DNA of 64,000 nucleotides from Podarcis pityusensis (taxonomy: Eukaryota): assembly GCA_964106645.2 (NCBI GenBank), contig OZ067038.1. One strand, given 5' to 3'. Each line of letters opens with the position of its first letter. Within the stretch, counting starts at the first letter, position 1. Shown in pieces: positions 36,850-49,736 of this stretch. Below the pieces are notes generated by a model, which ran no database searches, was not told the DNA's origin, and worked only from the letters and a program-made list of their open reading frames with translations. The translations under genes and the position numbers were made by a program.

Positions 36850-37138
36850 GGTTAACTCTAGAATTTGACACAGTGCTTGTGAGAATGCTCAGAAACTTAT
36901 AAACCTTTATACACTTCTAAGCATTTCAATTAAAGCATCATTTCTTGTGAGAACAATGTTGGGGAATGGAAGAACCTGCTCTCTGACACCTGAGATGTGT
37001 ATTTTTGGAACCTACCTCACTTTTGTGATAGTAATTTGTTTTAAACTGTTTGGCATGTTATATTTTAAATTGTTGTAACCTGTCTTGGGACCTTAGGGTG
37101 AAGGGTGGGTAAATAGTAGGAGCAATAAATTATTTATT

Positions 37139-37160
37139 ACACACACACACACACACACAC
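37139..37160 (+). repeat. (AC)n microsatellite
   Basis: Direct reading. Confidence 0.9.
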
Positions 37161-37199
37161 CACCACCATTTATCAAAAGATCTCAGGGAGGTGTGCAAC

Positions 37200-37975
37200 T
37201 TTAGAAACACATTACATTATATTCCCTTGCTGCCACCTTCTGAACCTCTCTGGGAGTGGAGACATAGAGAAGGGCCTCAGATGACAAGTGCATGGTCTGG
37301 GTTAGTTTGTATGAGGAGGCAGTCTTTAAGGTATTGAGGCCCTGAGCCGTGTAAGGCTTTATAGGTCAACACCAGCACTTCGAATTGGAAACTGATCAGC
37401 AGCCAGTGCAGTTATGCCAGGTTTGGTGTTATACGCTCAAACCGTCTTGTTCTGGTGAGCAATCTGGCCATTGCATTCTGCACCAGCTGAAGTTTCTGAA
37501 TTGTCTTCAGAGGCAGCCCTGCGTATAACGCATTGCAGTAATTCAATCTAGAGGTTGTTGGAGCGTAGGCCATAGAAGTTAGGCTTTCCCTGTCCAGATA
37601 GGGGCATAGCTGGGCCACCAACCGAAGCTGGCAGAAGGCACTCCACACCACTGAGGCCACTTGGGCCTCAAGTGACAATGGCGATCCAGGAGCACCCCCA
37701 AGCTATGTACCTGTTCCCTCAGGGGGAGTGTAACCTCCTCAAGAGCAGGCAATCTTCTACCCATCAGGCCTAGGGAACCACCTAGTACCAGTGCCTCAGT
37801 CTTATCTGGATTGAGCTTCAGTTTATTGGCTCTCATCCATTACTGAAGCAAGGCAACAGTCCAGCACATCCACTGCCACACCTGCAGATGTAAAGGAGAA
37901 ATAGAGCTGTGTGTCACCAGTGTACTGCTGACAACACACACCAAAAGGCTGGATGACTCCTTGCCTCAAACTCCT
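37200..37975 (-). mobile_element. L2 LINE ORF2 (reverse transcriptase) fragment, frameshifted
   Basis: ORFs 37823..38029 (QYTGDTQLY, a decayed YADDTQLY), 37579..37836 (LKLNPDKTE), 37412..37678 (SRLNYCNALYAGLP). Confidence 0.9.
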
Positions 37976-39294
37976 TGGAGGAAAGGCAAGATATAAATAT
38001 ATAAGACATACATACATGAATTGGAGCACCCACCTCTTGCAGGTTAGCCCCTAGCTTCATGAAAATAAGACTGTAGGGGCAATCTATTATCTGGGTTTCC
38101 CCCCTATTCTTTGAAAATATTAATAAAACCTTGAATTTTTGTTAAGCATTTGCAATGAGTGATCACAGGGGAAACCTTCCCGATAAAGTAATTGTCAGCC
38201 CGAAGCTGCAATAATATGTTTGGGGCTGCTGGAACCTCTGCATCAATCCTCAATTCCATTACTTGCAAATTTCAGCAGCAGCACTATTTGGGACTTATGC
38301 AGATTTCCTTAAGGTGAAATCATCTTAAATCCAAGCACTTCAGCTTAACTGGACAAATGACTTACAAGAAAATATGTAAAGAAGGAAATGTAAAGCAGTA
38401 ATTGCGCTGGAACCTAGAGTGTGGCTATAATTTCATTTTCAATGGGGATGCTACTATAAAGGAGGGGCATAGCGACAACTCTTAAGCTGCAGCAAACACA
38501 GCTTGTGTACATCAATCTATGTGCCACTGAGGTTGGGGAAGGCCCTGGGGACATGGATTTGAATACTGGGAACAGACCAGCACAACACAGTAAATAAGTA
38601 ATTGTGAAAGAAGTAAGAGTGCTGAGAAAGCCTAACCCCAGGGGAATTGCTCCGAAGTGACTGCTAACAGATGTGATCAACAAGCTGTACTGAGATCCCA
38701 GTAAAACCCTGGAGAAAAGGAAAATGGGAGGAACTAGGCAAGGTCTCCACGTATCTTAATTACGCAGCAACAATGGGAATCTGCCAACATATTTTAATCA
38801 TGTTTTATTCCGTTCTGTTAATCTGTTCTGTATCTCCTGTGCATAAATCTTAGAAACTCATTGCACACTGACATCATAATTATATATAATAAAAAGTATA
38901 ATCCTTAAAATGGTGCTTTTGGCTTTCTGTAGCTTGTTGATAGCTTTTTGGGGGATGCTTGGTATACTTGCTGAATGGTACATGCATATAAAGTGAGAAT
39001 TATGGATAATGAAAGACTTCTCTCCCCCACCCCCCTTTGCTACCAGGAATCCCTCTTTTACAGCGTTAGCTTACAAAGCCATAAAGGAACTGTATCACTC
39101 TCTAACATGCAGATATGCTAGGTCCAAGGAGATGATCAGGATGTGTCTTTACTGCGTGGTGTGGACCATGCAGTAAAACATTTTTTTTAAACCCTACTCT
39201 CCAAACCACTGGTTGTGCATGCATTTTTGTCATAATGTCATGCAACCTTGGTCTCAGAGAACAGAGCACAGCCACAAACCATCAGGCTGCCACT

Positions 39295-39460
39295 TGAAAC
39301 CATAGCTCAGTGGGAGAGAACGCGCTTGAGTGCAGAATGTCCCCAAGTACGCTCCCTGCACAGCTTCAGCTCAAAGCAGACTCATGGGGAAAATGGGAGC
39401 CTCCACCTTAGACCGTGCAGAGCTGCTGCAAGTCAGAATGGATAGTACTAGACTAGAGAC
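39295..39460 (+). mobile_element. tRNA-derived SINE remnant (Squam3-like)
   Basis: catagctcagtgg A-box-like head, tgcagaatgtcccc, gctgctgcaagtcaga...tactagactaga 3' part. Confidence 0.55.
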
Positions 39461-40424
39461 CTAGAGAGACATACATACCCTTTGAAAAATAAGATAAAAT
39501 CTTGCCCTGTACCAAGTAGCTCAAAATGACACACACGTTTCCCTTCCATTTTATACTTGTGAGGTTGGTCTCTTCAAGGTGGATGTGGAAGGCTTGCATT
39601 TGTCACAGTGATAGCAACATAATTTTTTGAAAGGCTTTAGAGAGCAAATATCAGAGAGGAAGTGTGGGGCAATAACAAGGACTAGGATTTTCATTACTAG
39701 ATTACAAACTGCAATTTAGTCTGTTAGCTACTGAGCTTGACATTCTATTCATATATACTCACTAAAAATCTGACTTCCCTTTGCACTAGCTTACAATGCT
39801 TAGCTTGCAGCTGAACCACCATGGTTAAAATGACATAAAACACAGAAAACTATTTGGGTCCTCTTTTATGCAAGAGCAACTTTTCACACAAAGTTGACTG
39901 CAACAGTACTTTGACATGAGACCTGTGCACACGTTGCTACTTTGCTGTGCACACGTTGGGGGGGGGGGGGGCGGAAGCGAGGCCAAAATTTGATGACCCC
40001 CAACCTTCATGCTGCCTTCCCAAAGCCAGTTAAGCAAGTTGCAAGGTTCTGGCAGGGACCCAGAGTGCACCCACCTCCTTCCCAAAGCTGGGAAAGTGCT
40101 AACTAGGCTTTGGGAAGGAAAAATGGTGGACTATAGGACCGTATCAGAGCCCCTCACGTCTCCTTTCCAAAACCCTGAGCCTTGCTTACTCTCAGGCCAC
40201 ATGTTGGACTGCCCTGTGCTAGAAATAGCCAACTTAGCAATGCAGTGTGTGTATGGGTATGTACATACAGACTTCCCAATGTAACCAATGGCAAAAAAAT
40301 TAAACACAAAGCTGAACAATCCGTCTCTGTAAAAATAAAATAATAAAAAACAAAATGAAGAAGCTCCAAAACTATAACATATAAATAAAAAACATATAAA
40401 TAAAAAAATTCCAACTAAGACCAA

Positions 40425-40471
40425 CTAAGTTTGTTATTGGTATGAGCTTTCGTATGCATGCACACTTCTTC
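40425..40471. mobile_element. Penelope-like terminal fragment
   Basis: agaccaactaagtttgtt.ttggtatgagctttcg; second copy at 46920-46982. Confidence 0.55.
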
Positions 40472-43297
40472 ATAGTGATTTTGAGATACTGCTCTCCACT
40501 GTCACAGGAGAAGGAGAGAAGGGTCAAAGTGATGCCTGGCCATATAATTCATGCCAAGCCACATAAAATTTGATAGCATAGTCTCTTCTTTCCCTAAACA
40601 AACAAAAATAACAGCAGGAAATATTTTTAGCACTTACGGTTGTGGAGAAAAGTAGCATAACACGAGATCAAAATCTGCTTTAAAAACAGAAAATGTACCG
40701 GGGTTGTCCCTACAAGCATCCCTGCAACCCAGGATTCCAGAATGCTCTCTGGCCTAAGCCTAGACTAGTCCACCACAGGGCTTAGAGACAATTCTGGAAG
40801 GTGGAACACCAGTTTGTATGCAAGTGTGGACATGGAAAGTACTCTAAAATAAGAATCTTTATTTAATAACCATAGACTCAGCCCAGTTTCTTCTTGAATT
40901 CAACAGCTGCAGCTGATGGGATTTCAAACCGACAACAACATGGGGGGGGGGGGGGGGCTAATGTTTTCCCACTCTGGTCTATAGGATTGTTTTGACTAAT
41001 AGACTAGGCAATGGCCACTTCTGATTAGAGGAGTGCTGTTTTCAGTGTATCATATATTCTGAGTATCTGGAGACTAGACTGAGGGACTTGCAAATGTATT
41101 GGAAAGGGAGGGAAAGGTGAAAGGGAGAGAATGGATATTTGATTGCCTGGATGAAGGGATAAGACTATTTAAAGACACGACATTCTGCTTTGGCTTATAT
41201 ATCACATTTCTCAATACATGTAATGTGACAAGCCACTCTACATGATAACAAATCATCGATCTCTGTGGCATAGGTTGTTTTGCTCAGATTCATCTTCCTT
41301 CCTTTTTGGCTTCCCTCTTGCTGACTGCAGTATAAAATTAAATCTAAACTCAATCAGTCCATATTTCAGCTTGCCATTATCACACAGACACCCCTTACCA
41401 CCCCACTCCTATTAAGTAAAATATACAGTTGTGTGTGTTAGCAGTATAAAAAAAATGATGATTTAGTCAAAAGGGGTGGTGGTGGTGGTGGTGGAAGAAG
41501 CCAGGTCCTGAACTCTCACAGAGGTAACTTGACTGAAAAGCATTTTAATAGGAAAAAAATTGATTCCCTGTACAGCTGAACAAATGGAAACTTGAACTGT
41601 ATTTCTCATATCAAATGGCATAATACATGTCATCAATAATGAAAAAGTTTTCTACGTGGCAGGCAATTATCTTAATTTAAAAACAAACACAAGCACCATA
41701 CTACAATTTCAGGCAGGGTAAGAATAATTGCTGCAAATTCTGTTGTCTAAGCTGCTGTACTTTACTCTCCATATATCTAATATTTGAAAGTGGGGCAACA
41801 GGGTGCAGACATCTTAGACAAGTGCCTTCTTGCAAGCGTACGCAGCAACAAGTGTTTGACACTTTTAACGTGCATTTATAATGGATTTCTACTGGACCAT
41901 CTGCTCCTCCTGCTGCTGCTACATACGTGTTCTTCAATATTCCTACATTATTGACTCCACACTGGCTTTCCTTGAGTCCTCCCGGGCCACTGTTTCCATT
42001 TCCATAATCCACTCCCCTTTTTCAGCAGTGGAAATCAGTTGCATTATCATGTCTTGCCACCATCCCACTTTTTCTACAGCTACAGCTCATCAGCCCAGAC
42101 CAGGTGATCTGGGGTCCTAACCAGGTGTGTGTGCTGGGGGTGGGGTGGGCGGGAATCTGGGTTATGACCACAGCCAATGGATGTGACTCTTACTTTTGTA
42201 CACAAGTCTATATTTCGGCCATACAAAAGCCAGAGGTTTTCAGACAAACATCTGTCCATGGTGCATGCAGGCAAGCAGAAGCCATCGTCCAAGAATACAA
42301 TTTAGCCAGGCAAAAACACACAAGGAAGGGGTGGAGACAGCATTAGCCAAATGGCTAGATACTGTCAGCCAAGACAGGAAAGAATCATGCAAACAAGTGC
42401 TAGTGGCCCACATGTCTTTAAGTACTTAGTCTATACCCTCAGGTTGCAACAACTGAAACCCACCCAGGCAATAATGGTGATACAGTTCTATGGGAGCATC
42501 TTGCTTATGGACTGCATTCAACACCACCTCCAAATTGGAATAGGTGTAATAGATTTCATTATGTGCAAACATTCATATCACATTATCCCAGGTATGTGCT
42601 GCATGTGTGAGAATGCATGTGCAAGATCCCCCATTGCATATTCAGGATCATGTCATGTTATGAAGGCAAATCCTTACTCTTTTTGAATTTTAATAGCTAG
42701 ATCTCAGGGTTGTTGTTTTTTGCCATTTTACACAATCCGCTTGGTGCATAGCTTTCAATTGCTACAGCAACTCAATACCTGGATCATGGAAGGCTCTTTG
42801 CAAAAGTGGGATGCCCCTCAAAAATAAAAGGACACCTTGAGAGGTACAAACAGCATCCTATTGATAACACTAATGCACTTAGCAGCTTGGTCATTATTCA
42901 ACCGTACTTTGTTAAAGGCCATTTCTATAAGAACCGCCCCCCCAACAATAAATCTTTGCTCCAATGGTCTAATTTGGAAGCCAAGTCTGCAAATAGATTT
43001 TGTTGGCATGCTCTGCAATCCCCTTAATGCTATCTATACATGCCATGCAGCAGTTTTATGACAAATGCTTCATTTTATATTCATCCAAGCAGCTTTCTAT
43101 TTTAACCTTCAGTTCAAAACATAAATATAAGGGTGGCAGTTTTATGGGAGAAGGAAAAAAAGGGGGGATCTACAGATAATTAACTGTTGAATTGTATAAA
43201 CACTGATTTATCCTCCTGCTTGTTTCCTTCCGCAAGTAAGCAGATTAAAAACCGCAGCCAATGCCCGGGCCAACCAAAGTCATGCAGACATTCTTAC

Positions 43298-43458
43298 CCC
43301 ACAGAGCCATGAAGACTGAGAAGAAGACAGTTGCTGGGTTGTCAAAGAGATGGCTTGCCCGAGATGTGGCACAAGCGGAGCTCAGCTTCCAATAGCTACA
43401 GGTTCTATCGCATAAGGGACACATAGTAATATTGTTCCTCTGGTCACACATCTCCATG
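43298..43458 (-). CDS. ANO1: ANO1 exon 11 ([53 protein letters not shown])
   Basis: 161 nt, cag|C...TGGG|gtaaga; Cys-rich extracellular loop; within ORF 43245..43592. Confidence 0.98.
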
Positions 43459-44944
43459 CTGTGAGAAAACAAACAGTGCATGTCAGGTAAATACAAACCA
43501 TTCTTCAAACTTGGTGTTTTCTTGTCCTGCTTCTCCCCTGGTCCCAATCTGTAATTTATACAGATTGTATATTCACCTGACTGACCTGCCAAAAGCTCTT
43601 TTCATGAATCCACCTCCTCATTTCAGACTTACCTATGGCTGTTTATACACCATACATTGAAAACATGCACCCCAAATCCTGAGAACTGAAGTTTGCTAAG
43701 AGTTCTGGAAGCTATAGCTTTGTACACTTTAAATATATAGTGTATATGCAGCCTATATGACAGTATTAGCTGCATGAAGTTACAGTACAAAAAAAGGAAG
43801 AAGGGAAATAGCACTGATTCCTTTATAGAGACTCTGCCCTTAAATGTTTGTCTATTATGCTGGTGTGGCTCTGCTATTGCTGCATTTTGTGATGTCATAC
43901 TGGTCTAAGTATTTTTGTGCTGGTACAATATTGTATGCTTAGGGCATGAAATGTCTTTCCCGGACACCTAGGAGCCTGCAGAACACCAGTGCCCTAAGAC
44001 ATTCTACTCCATTCTCCTGAAACGCAACTAGTGTTGTTGTAGTTACTGAGCTATACTGGCCCAGTGTCAATGTAAAGTGGCCAATATAATCCAACATGTA
44101 GCAACAGTTAAGGAAACTGGGACAGGCCACAGAATTGTGCTCTCCCTCAACTTTTCCTCCGCCCCCTGCATTCTCCTTTTCCTTCCCTTTTCAGCATTAA
44201 CTACTGCTGCACTGACATTAACCCTGGTTAATACTGGCCAGTGTTTGCTTTTAACCAGAGCTTGAAAGCAGGGTATGAATATGGTCTCCAGACATCAGTT
44301 AAAGATAATTGAGGTTAATGTTAACTTTGGCTAGCACAATGCAGATAGAAAGCCATAAGATGGAAGGAAGAAATTCACATTGCGGCTAGGGAGGAAACAC
44401 CAGCTCTGTAACCTGTTCTCATTCCATTTACGTACATGTTCCATAAATTATTTCTGTACCAGACCATTGCCTATCACTAAATTTCCCTTGGTCTAGGAAT
44501 TATAGCAAGTAAACAAGTCAAGGCAGTTTAGGCATTTCAATGGAATTTGCCCCAGGTTGACTCCTATCTCCTGGTACCTTCATGGCACAAAGAACTTGTT
44601 TAGGCAGGCATTTCTATAGGAGTGAGGAAGACAGGGCAAGGGTGAGCCTTCTCTGGAAACAGACTTCAGAGGAACCCTCACTATGTACAAATGTACGAAG
44701 TATACATGGACTCAGAGCTTAATTTGCAGCACAGCTCTCTGAAGACCTGCTTTCAGTGCCATCCCTTAAACATGTGTACGTAACAGAATGCTTTGCAAAA
44801 CGCATTCCCCATCCCATTAGTCCTCTTCAATCTGCAGAAGGAGAAAAGCATTTCCAGGCTGGTTGAGGTTTTTTTTTGACACCCACTCCCTTCAACTTTT
44901 TAGCATACATCCAAGCAGTTTTCAACTTGACCAGCATTTTCTAG

Positions 44945-45818
44945 GCATGGGGCTGGGCAGTTTTCTCCTTTCCATCTCTTGCGGGGGCGCAATTAGTGCC
45001 AGCACCGTCCGTTAAGAGTTTGGGTGTAATCTTCGACACCTCCCTTTCCATGGAGGCGCAGATTGCAGCTATAACAAAGGTGGCATTTTTCCATCTCCGC
45101 CAAGCTAAGCAGTTGGCTCCTTACCTCTCCCGCCCTGACCTAGCCACTGTGATCCACGTGACAGTCACCTCCAGACTGGATTATTGTAACTCGCTCTATG
45201 TGGGGCTGCCCTTGAGACTGACCCAGAAACTCCAGTGGGTGCAGAATGCTGCAGTGAGACTCCTTACGAGGTCTTCGCTGCGAGATCACATTCACCCGGT
45301 GCTATACCAGCTGCACTGGCTCCCGGTGGAGTACAGGATCAGGTTTAAGGTGCTGGTTTTAACCTTTAAAGCTCTATATGGCCTAGAACCCTCGTACCTA
45401 CGGGACCGCCTCTCCTGGTATGCCCCACAGAGAAACTTACGGTCTTCAAATAAAAACATCTTGAAGGTCCCAGGCCACAGAGAAGTTAGGCTGGCCTCAA
45501 CTAGAGCCAGGGCTTTTTTGGCTGTGGCTCCGATCTGGTGGAACACTCTGTCACAAGAGACCAGGGCCCTGCGGGACTTGACATCTTTCCGCAGGGCCTG
45601 CAAGACAGAGCTGTTCCACCAGGCCTTTGGCCAGGGCACAGCCTGACTCCCTCCCTCGGCAATCTTCACGGAGCTCTGGCCCAATGGTTGCCAGTGGCTT
45701 GAATTAATTTTATAATGAATGATTTTAGAATGTTGTTTATGCTGTACTTTTGTACTGTTTTATTGTTGTTAGCCGCCCTGAGCCCGGCTTCGGCTGGGGA
45801 GGGCGGGATATAAATAAA

Positions 45819-45855
<37 letters not shown>
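44945..45855 (+). mobile_element. 5'-truncated L2-clade LINE with uninterrupted 216-aa ORF2 C-terminus and (TTA)n tail
   Basis: ORF 44996..45646 (VKSLGVIFD, SRLDYCNSLYVGLP, LHWLPVEYRIRFKVL); 3'UTR ending gggcgggatataaataaa; (tta)n at 45820-45855. Confidence 0.93.
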
Positions 45856-45856
<1 letters not shown>

Positions 45857-46239
45857 CCAGGAAAAACCCGCTCTTTAGCTTTAAATCAGAACAAACAGCA
45901 ATCTACGGAAAATTGGGTTGCTGTTTGTTCTGAGTGAGCACTAGAGAGCAGTTTTCTCTGAGGAAGAGAAGCAGGACAAGAGCAAGTATGGATAAGCTCA
46001 TAGCCTCTCCAGAACTCCTCCCAATGTGTAACCATTTTTCTTGAACTATGATGCTTAATAATAAAAATGACCATTAGTATCAAACTCATGCTTCAAGGAA
46101 TATGAGAAGTCATGGGGGAAAGGGTTAAGTGGTGATCTACTATGTATTTTGGTAATTTGTTTGTTTGCTATGCATTTGGACACCTTTTAGAATTCTGGAC
46201 TGGATTACTTCAGAGAATGACATTTCAGAAGACTCGTTC

Positions 46240-46360
46240 CAGGGATGCCAGTGCAGATGTTTCTGGACTCCAACTCCTATTATTCCTGACCATTGGCCAT
46301 TCTTACTGATGGGGTTTGTAGGCCAATAACATCTGGAGAGCATCACATTGGCTATGCCTG
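46240..46360. mobile_element. Older palindromic MITE
   Basis: cagatgtttctggactccaactcc...aacatctggagagc...ctatgcctg. Confidence 0.6.
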
Positions 46361-47420
46361 GTCTATACTAAGGAAGCTCTTTCCTCCCACATGCCACACT
46401 AAGTTCTGAACCCCTTACGTCTAATCTTTGCAGTGATTCCATCAGCCAGATACCACAAGGAAACAAAAATGTTGAGGAAAAACAGACATTTCCCATAAAT
46501 TAGAACTGCGTCGCAAGTTGCAGCACTTAACTAATATACATTATTAGCATCCTTCTATTTCCTGTACCCTATATTGATCTATTTTCAATTAAAGATCTGA
46601 AAGCTTTAAAAAGCAGCCACAGAAAATGTGACTCTTGAGAGATATAAGGCAAGTAAGCTGATATCTTTTTCTTGAATAAGACCTGTTGGTGTCAGAGTAT
46701 GCAAGCTTTCAAGACTGATGACAGCAAGTTACATATAATGGATCATTAAGTGAAGTTAGTAAAACTCCCATCTTATCAGCTTTGGACCTCATGCAGAACA
46801 GTTCTGTATGTATATTCAGAAGTCCCATTGACTTCAATGGAACTTACTCCCAGGTAAATGCGTACAGAGCATTGAAGCCTCATTCTTAGAGAATATCACT
46901 GTATATAACAAGCTAAATAAATTAAAAAAAAGTTGTCCAGTAGTGCCTTAGAGCCCAACTAAGTTTGTTCTTGGTATAAGCTAACTAGTGCTTCTAATTT
47001 CAGCAGGGTGTAGATATTTCGATACTCAAAATTAATTCATCTCCCATCTATGAAATGGTCAAGCAGTTTCTGTGCATGGAAGCTGAGTACCTATTAGCAC
47101 TCAATAGTTTTTTGTATATAAGCATCTCTGGATTTGGGGCAGTACTTGCCCCTTATATGTACAAGACTCATCAACAGGCATGAAATAAGCTAACGCTTAT
47201 ACTTCCATCTAATGTTATTTATACATTTATCTTGAGTTCAGCAGTGTTAGCTATGTGCGAGAAGTTAATATACCTGCACAGTTCTTACAGCTGTAATCAG
47301 ATGATAAACTTATTTCATGCCTGAGCATGACTGAGCAGACTGGACATGGCCTGTGTCATAAGAGGAAATGAGGACGTTTTGAACACGTGGAAGATGGAAA
47401 CCCACAAATGTGTATGTTAC

Positions 47421-47555
47421 CTTGGTATGTTCTCATCCACTGTTGCACAGCCATACAGGAACACGATAATCCCCACAATGGAAGCTGGAATAAGCATTTG
47501 TGTATAAACGCCAAGCCAGGCAAAATACAGTCCAATCTTTTCACCAAAGTACTTT
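47421..47555 (-). CDS. ANO1: ANO1 exon 10 ([44 protein letters not shown]; TM1)
   Basis: 135 nt, cag|A...AG|gtaaca. Confidence 0.98.
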
Positions 47556-47998
47556 CTGAAATACATTGAAGGGGAAACATTGTGCAATGTTTACTATTTC
47601 TTAAATTGTACCATGCTTAAGCTTATGAATCACACAGCAGGGTTGACTTTGAAGGAGAAAATAAGCCCTGTTGATTAGTTGGAATGCATTTCCCCTTGGA
47701 GGATTCTTGTCTGCATGCTGCTTGGAACAGATCCAGGACTGGAGGCACCAAGTAAGTCATCCATTCCTGCTTATCAGGCAGCTTTGCTGATCTGTTTCTA
47801 TAGCTATCTTGGTCACCACAGGCTTGGCGAGGATCTCCTCACACTGGCTCAGTTCAGACACAATGATAAACCATGGTTTATTGTTATGAGGACAATAAGG
47901 CATGTCTTCTTTCCCCCCTGCCCCAAGTGCAAGGCAAGGGGATTGGGAGGCTCAGCTTCCACTTAGTGGCAAACCACAGTACACTGTTTCCTTTAAGC

Positions 47999-48134
47999 CA
48001 GGCATGGCCAAACTTGGCCTTCCAGATGTTTTGGGACTACAACTCCCATCATCCCTAGCTAACAGGACCAGTAGTCAGTGGTGATGGGAATTGTAGTCCC
48101 CAAACATCTGGAGGGCCAAGTTTGGCCATGCCTG
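47999..48134. mobile_element. Palindromic hAT MITE
   Basis: CAGGCATGGCCAAACTTGGCC...GGCCAAGTTTGGCCATGCCTG; TSD ctttaagc/ctttaagt. Confidence 0.92.
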
Positions 48135-48829
48135 CTTTAAGTAAAGCATAGTTTGCAAAATCCAGACACCATAGCAAACTGTGGTTTGCCATTAAGTAGA
48201 AACAATAGCCTTCAATTTCCTTCCCTCACATATGTCTGAAATGAGCTTTCCTTTTAGTGCACAGACTCTTCTGTTCCAAAAGCAATAAATGAAACCCAGA
48301 TTCTAAGTGTAGACTCTTAATTTAACAAAGTCTTCCTTTATTTTGTGCAGATGAGTGTGATAAATGGAGCTGCACAATATATTGAAGTGTCTGGCCAAAA
48401 GCTGAAAAAAAAATGAAGTAGGAGGTTAGAGAGAAAAATATATTCCCTTGCTGATTCTTTCCAGTGAAGCTTTCATTAAGTCAAAGTATATTGCTAATGG
48501 ATACTGTTCCATTCAGCCTTTTGTAGTAAGGTGGTGTCACTAGAATTTGGTGGTGGTAGCAGAGCATTCAGGTTTTTCCCAAGCTGCATCTCCCTGGGAA
48601 TTGCTGAAAAGGGTGGAGTTGCAAAATAGTACCTGCTACCTGCTTTGTTACCTTTGGGGCCTTGCTATACATTGTGTTAAAAATGTGATTAGCAGTTTTG
48701 TCATTTTTTAAAAAATAAAATGAAATACTAGGAATGTGGGAAGGGGGGGAGTATCAGTTTGGCATCAATTTGTGGAAGTTTAGGCCACTCCTCCCCAGCC
48801 ATGATCCCATTTTCTCCACTCCTATTGTT

Positions 48830-49040
48830 GGACGCAGCATGGTGTAGTGGTTTGATTGTTGGATTTAGACCTGGAGGGCCGGAGTTCAAATCCCCACACA
48901 ATTATGAAGCTCACTGGGTAACTATGGACCAGTCTCTATCTCTTGGTCTAATCTATGCCACAGAGTTGTTGTGAGGATAACATCTGAGTGTGGGGGAATA
49001 ACCATGCATGTTCCTGGAGAAAAGGTAGGCTATAAATTGA
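48830..49040 (+). mobile_element. MIR/CORE-like tRNA-derived SINE
   Basis: gcagcatggtgtagtgg (A box) ... ggagttcaaatccc (B box) ... gttgttgtgaggataa core. Confidence 0.75.
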
Positions 49041-49142
49041 ATTAAAACAAAATAAGCATGATCTTAAGTTTGTGGAAGGATCACAGTACAGTAATAGAGA
49101 ACATTATTGCATGCAGAAACTTCAGTCCCAGGCATCTCCAGG

Positions 49143-49507
49143 TAAAAAGGTAAAGGACCCCTGGACGGTTAAGTCCAGTCAAAGGTGACTATGGGGTTGT
49201 GGTGCTCATCTCGCTTTCAGGCTGAGGGAGCCAGTGTTTGTCCACAGACAGCCTTCCGGGTCATGTGGCCAGCATGACTAAACTGCTTCTGGCTCAATGG
49301 AACACAGTGACAGAAAACAGAGTGAATGGAAACGCCATTTACCTTCCCACCGCAGCGGCACCTACTTGCACAGGTGTGCTTTCGAACTGGTAGGTTGGCA
49401 GGAGCTGGGACAGAGCAACAGGAGCTTACTCCGTCATGGGGATTTGAACCACCAACCTTCAAATTGGCACGCCCAAGAAGCTCAGTGGTTTAGACCACAG
49501 TGCCACC
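49143..49507 (-). mobile_element. Sauria SINE (Squam1), near full length
   Basis: Reverse strand: ggtggcactgtggtctaaaccactgagc head ... tccaggggtcctttacctttt (ACCTTT)-type tail. Confidence 0.9.
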
Positions 49508-49671
49508 TGCATTTAGAACCACTCTTGGTTGTCAAACTGAATACAGAGAGAGGATGAACATATGACCTGGGCAGTTTGACTTTTCTCTTGAGCCTCAAGC
49601 TGTAAACAAACATTTGGAGGAAAGGGGCAAGGCAATATTTTAGGTTTAATGAGGGACCACATTCTCCTTAC

Positions 49672-49736
49672 CTCACTAGGTCAATTGGTTGGTACTTATA
49701 AAAGACTCCATAACTTGCCCATTCCTCACACAGGAG
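49672..49736 (-). CDS. ANO1: ANO1 exon 9 (LLCEEWASYGVFYKYQPIDLVR)
   Basis: 65 nt, cag|CTC...AG|gtaagg. Confidence 0.97.

Noticed and set aside
39295-39370. tRNA gene
   Set aside because: Only a degenerate A-box head of a tRNA-derived SINE; no cloverleaf
44996-45646. 216-aa plus-strand ORF as a nested antisense gene
   Set aside because: It is the C-terminus of an L2 LINE ORF2, followed by the LINE 3'UTR and tail, with no ATG start
30687-48134. Recurring palindromic repeats as a CRISPR-like array or miRNA cluster
   Set aside because: Dispersed rather than regularly spaced, each with TIRs and an 8-bp TSD, so they are hAT MITEs in a vertebrate genome
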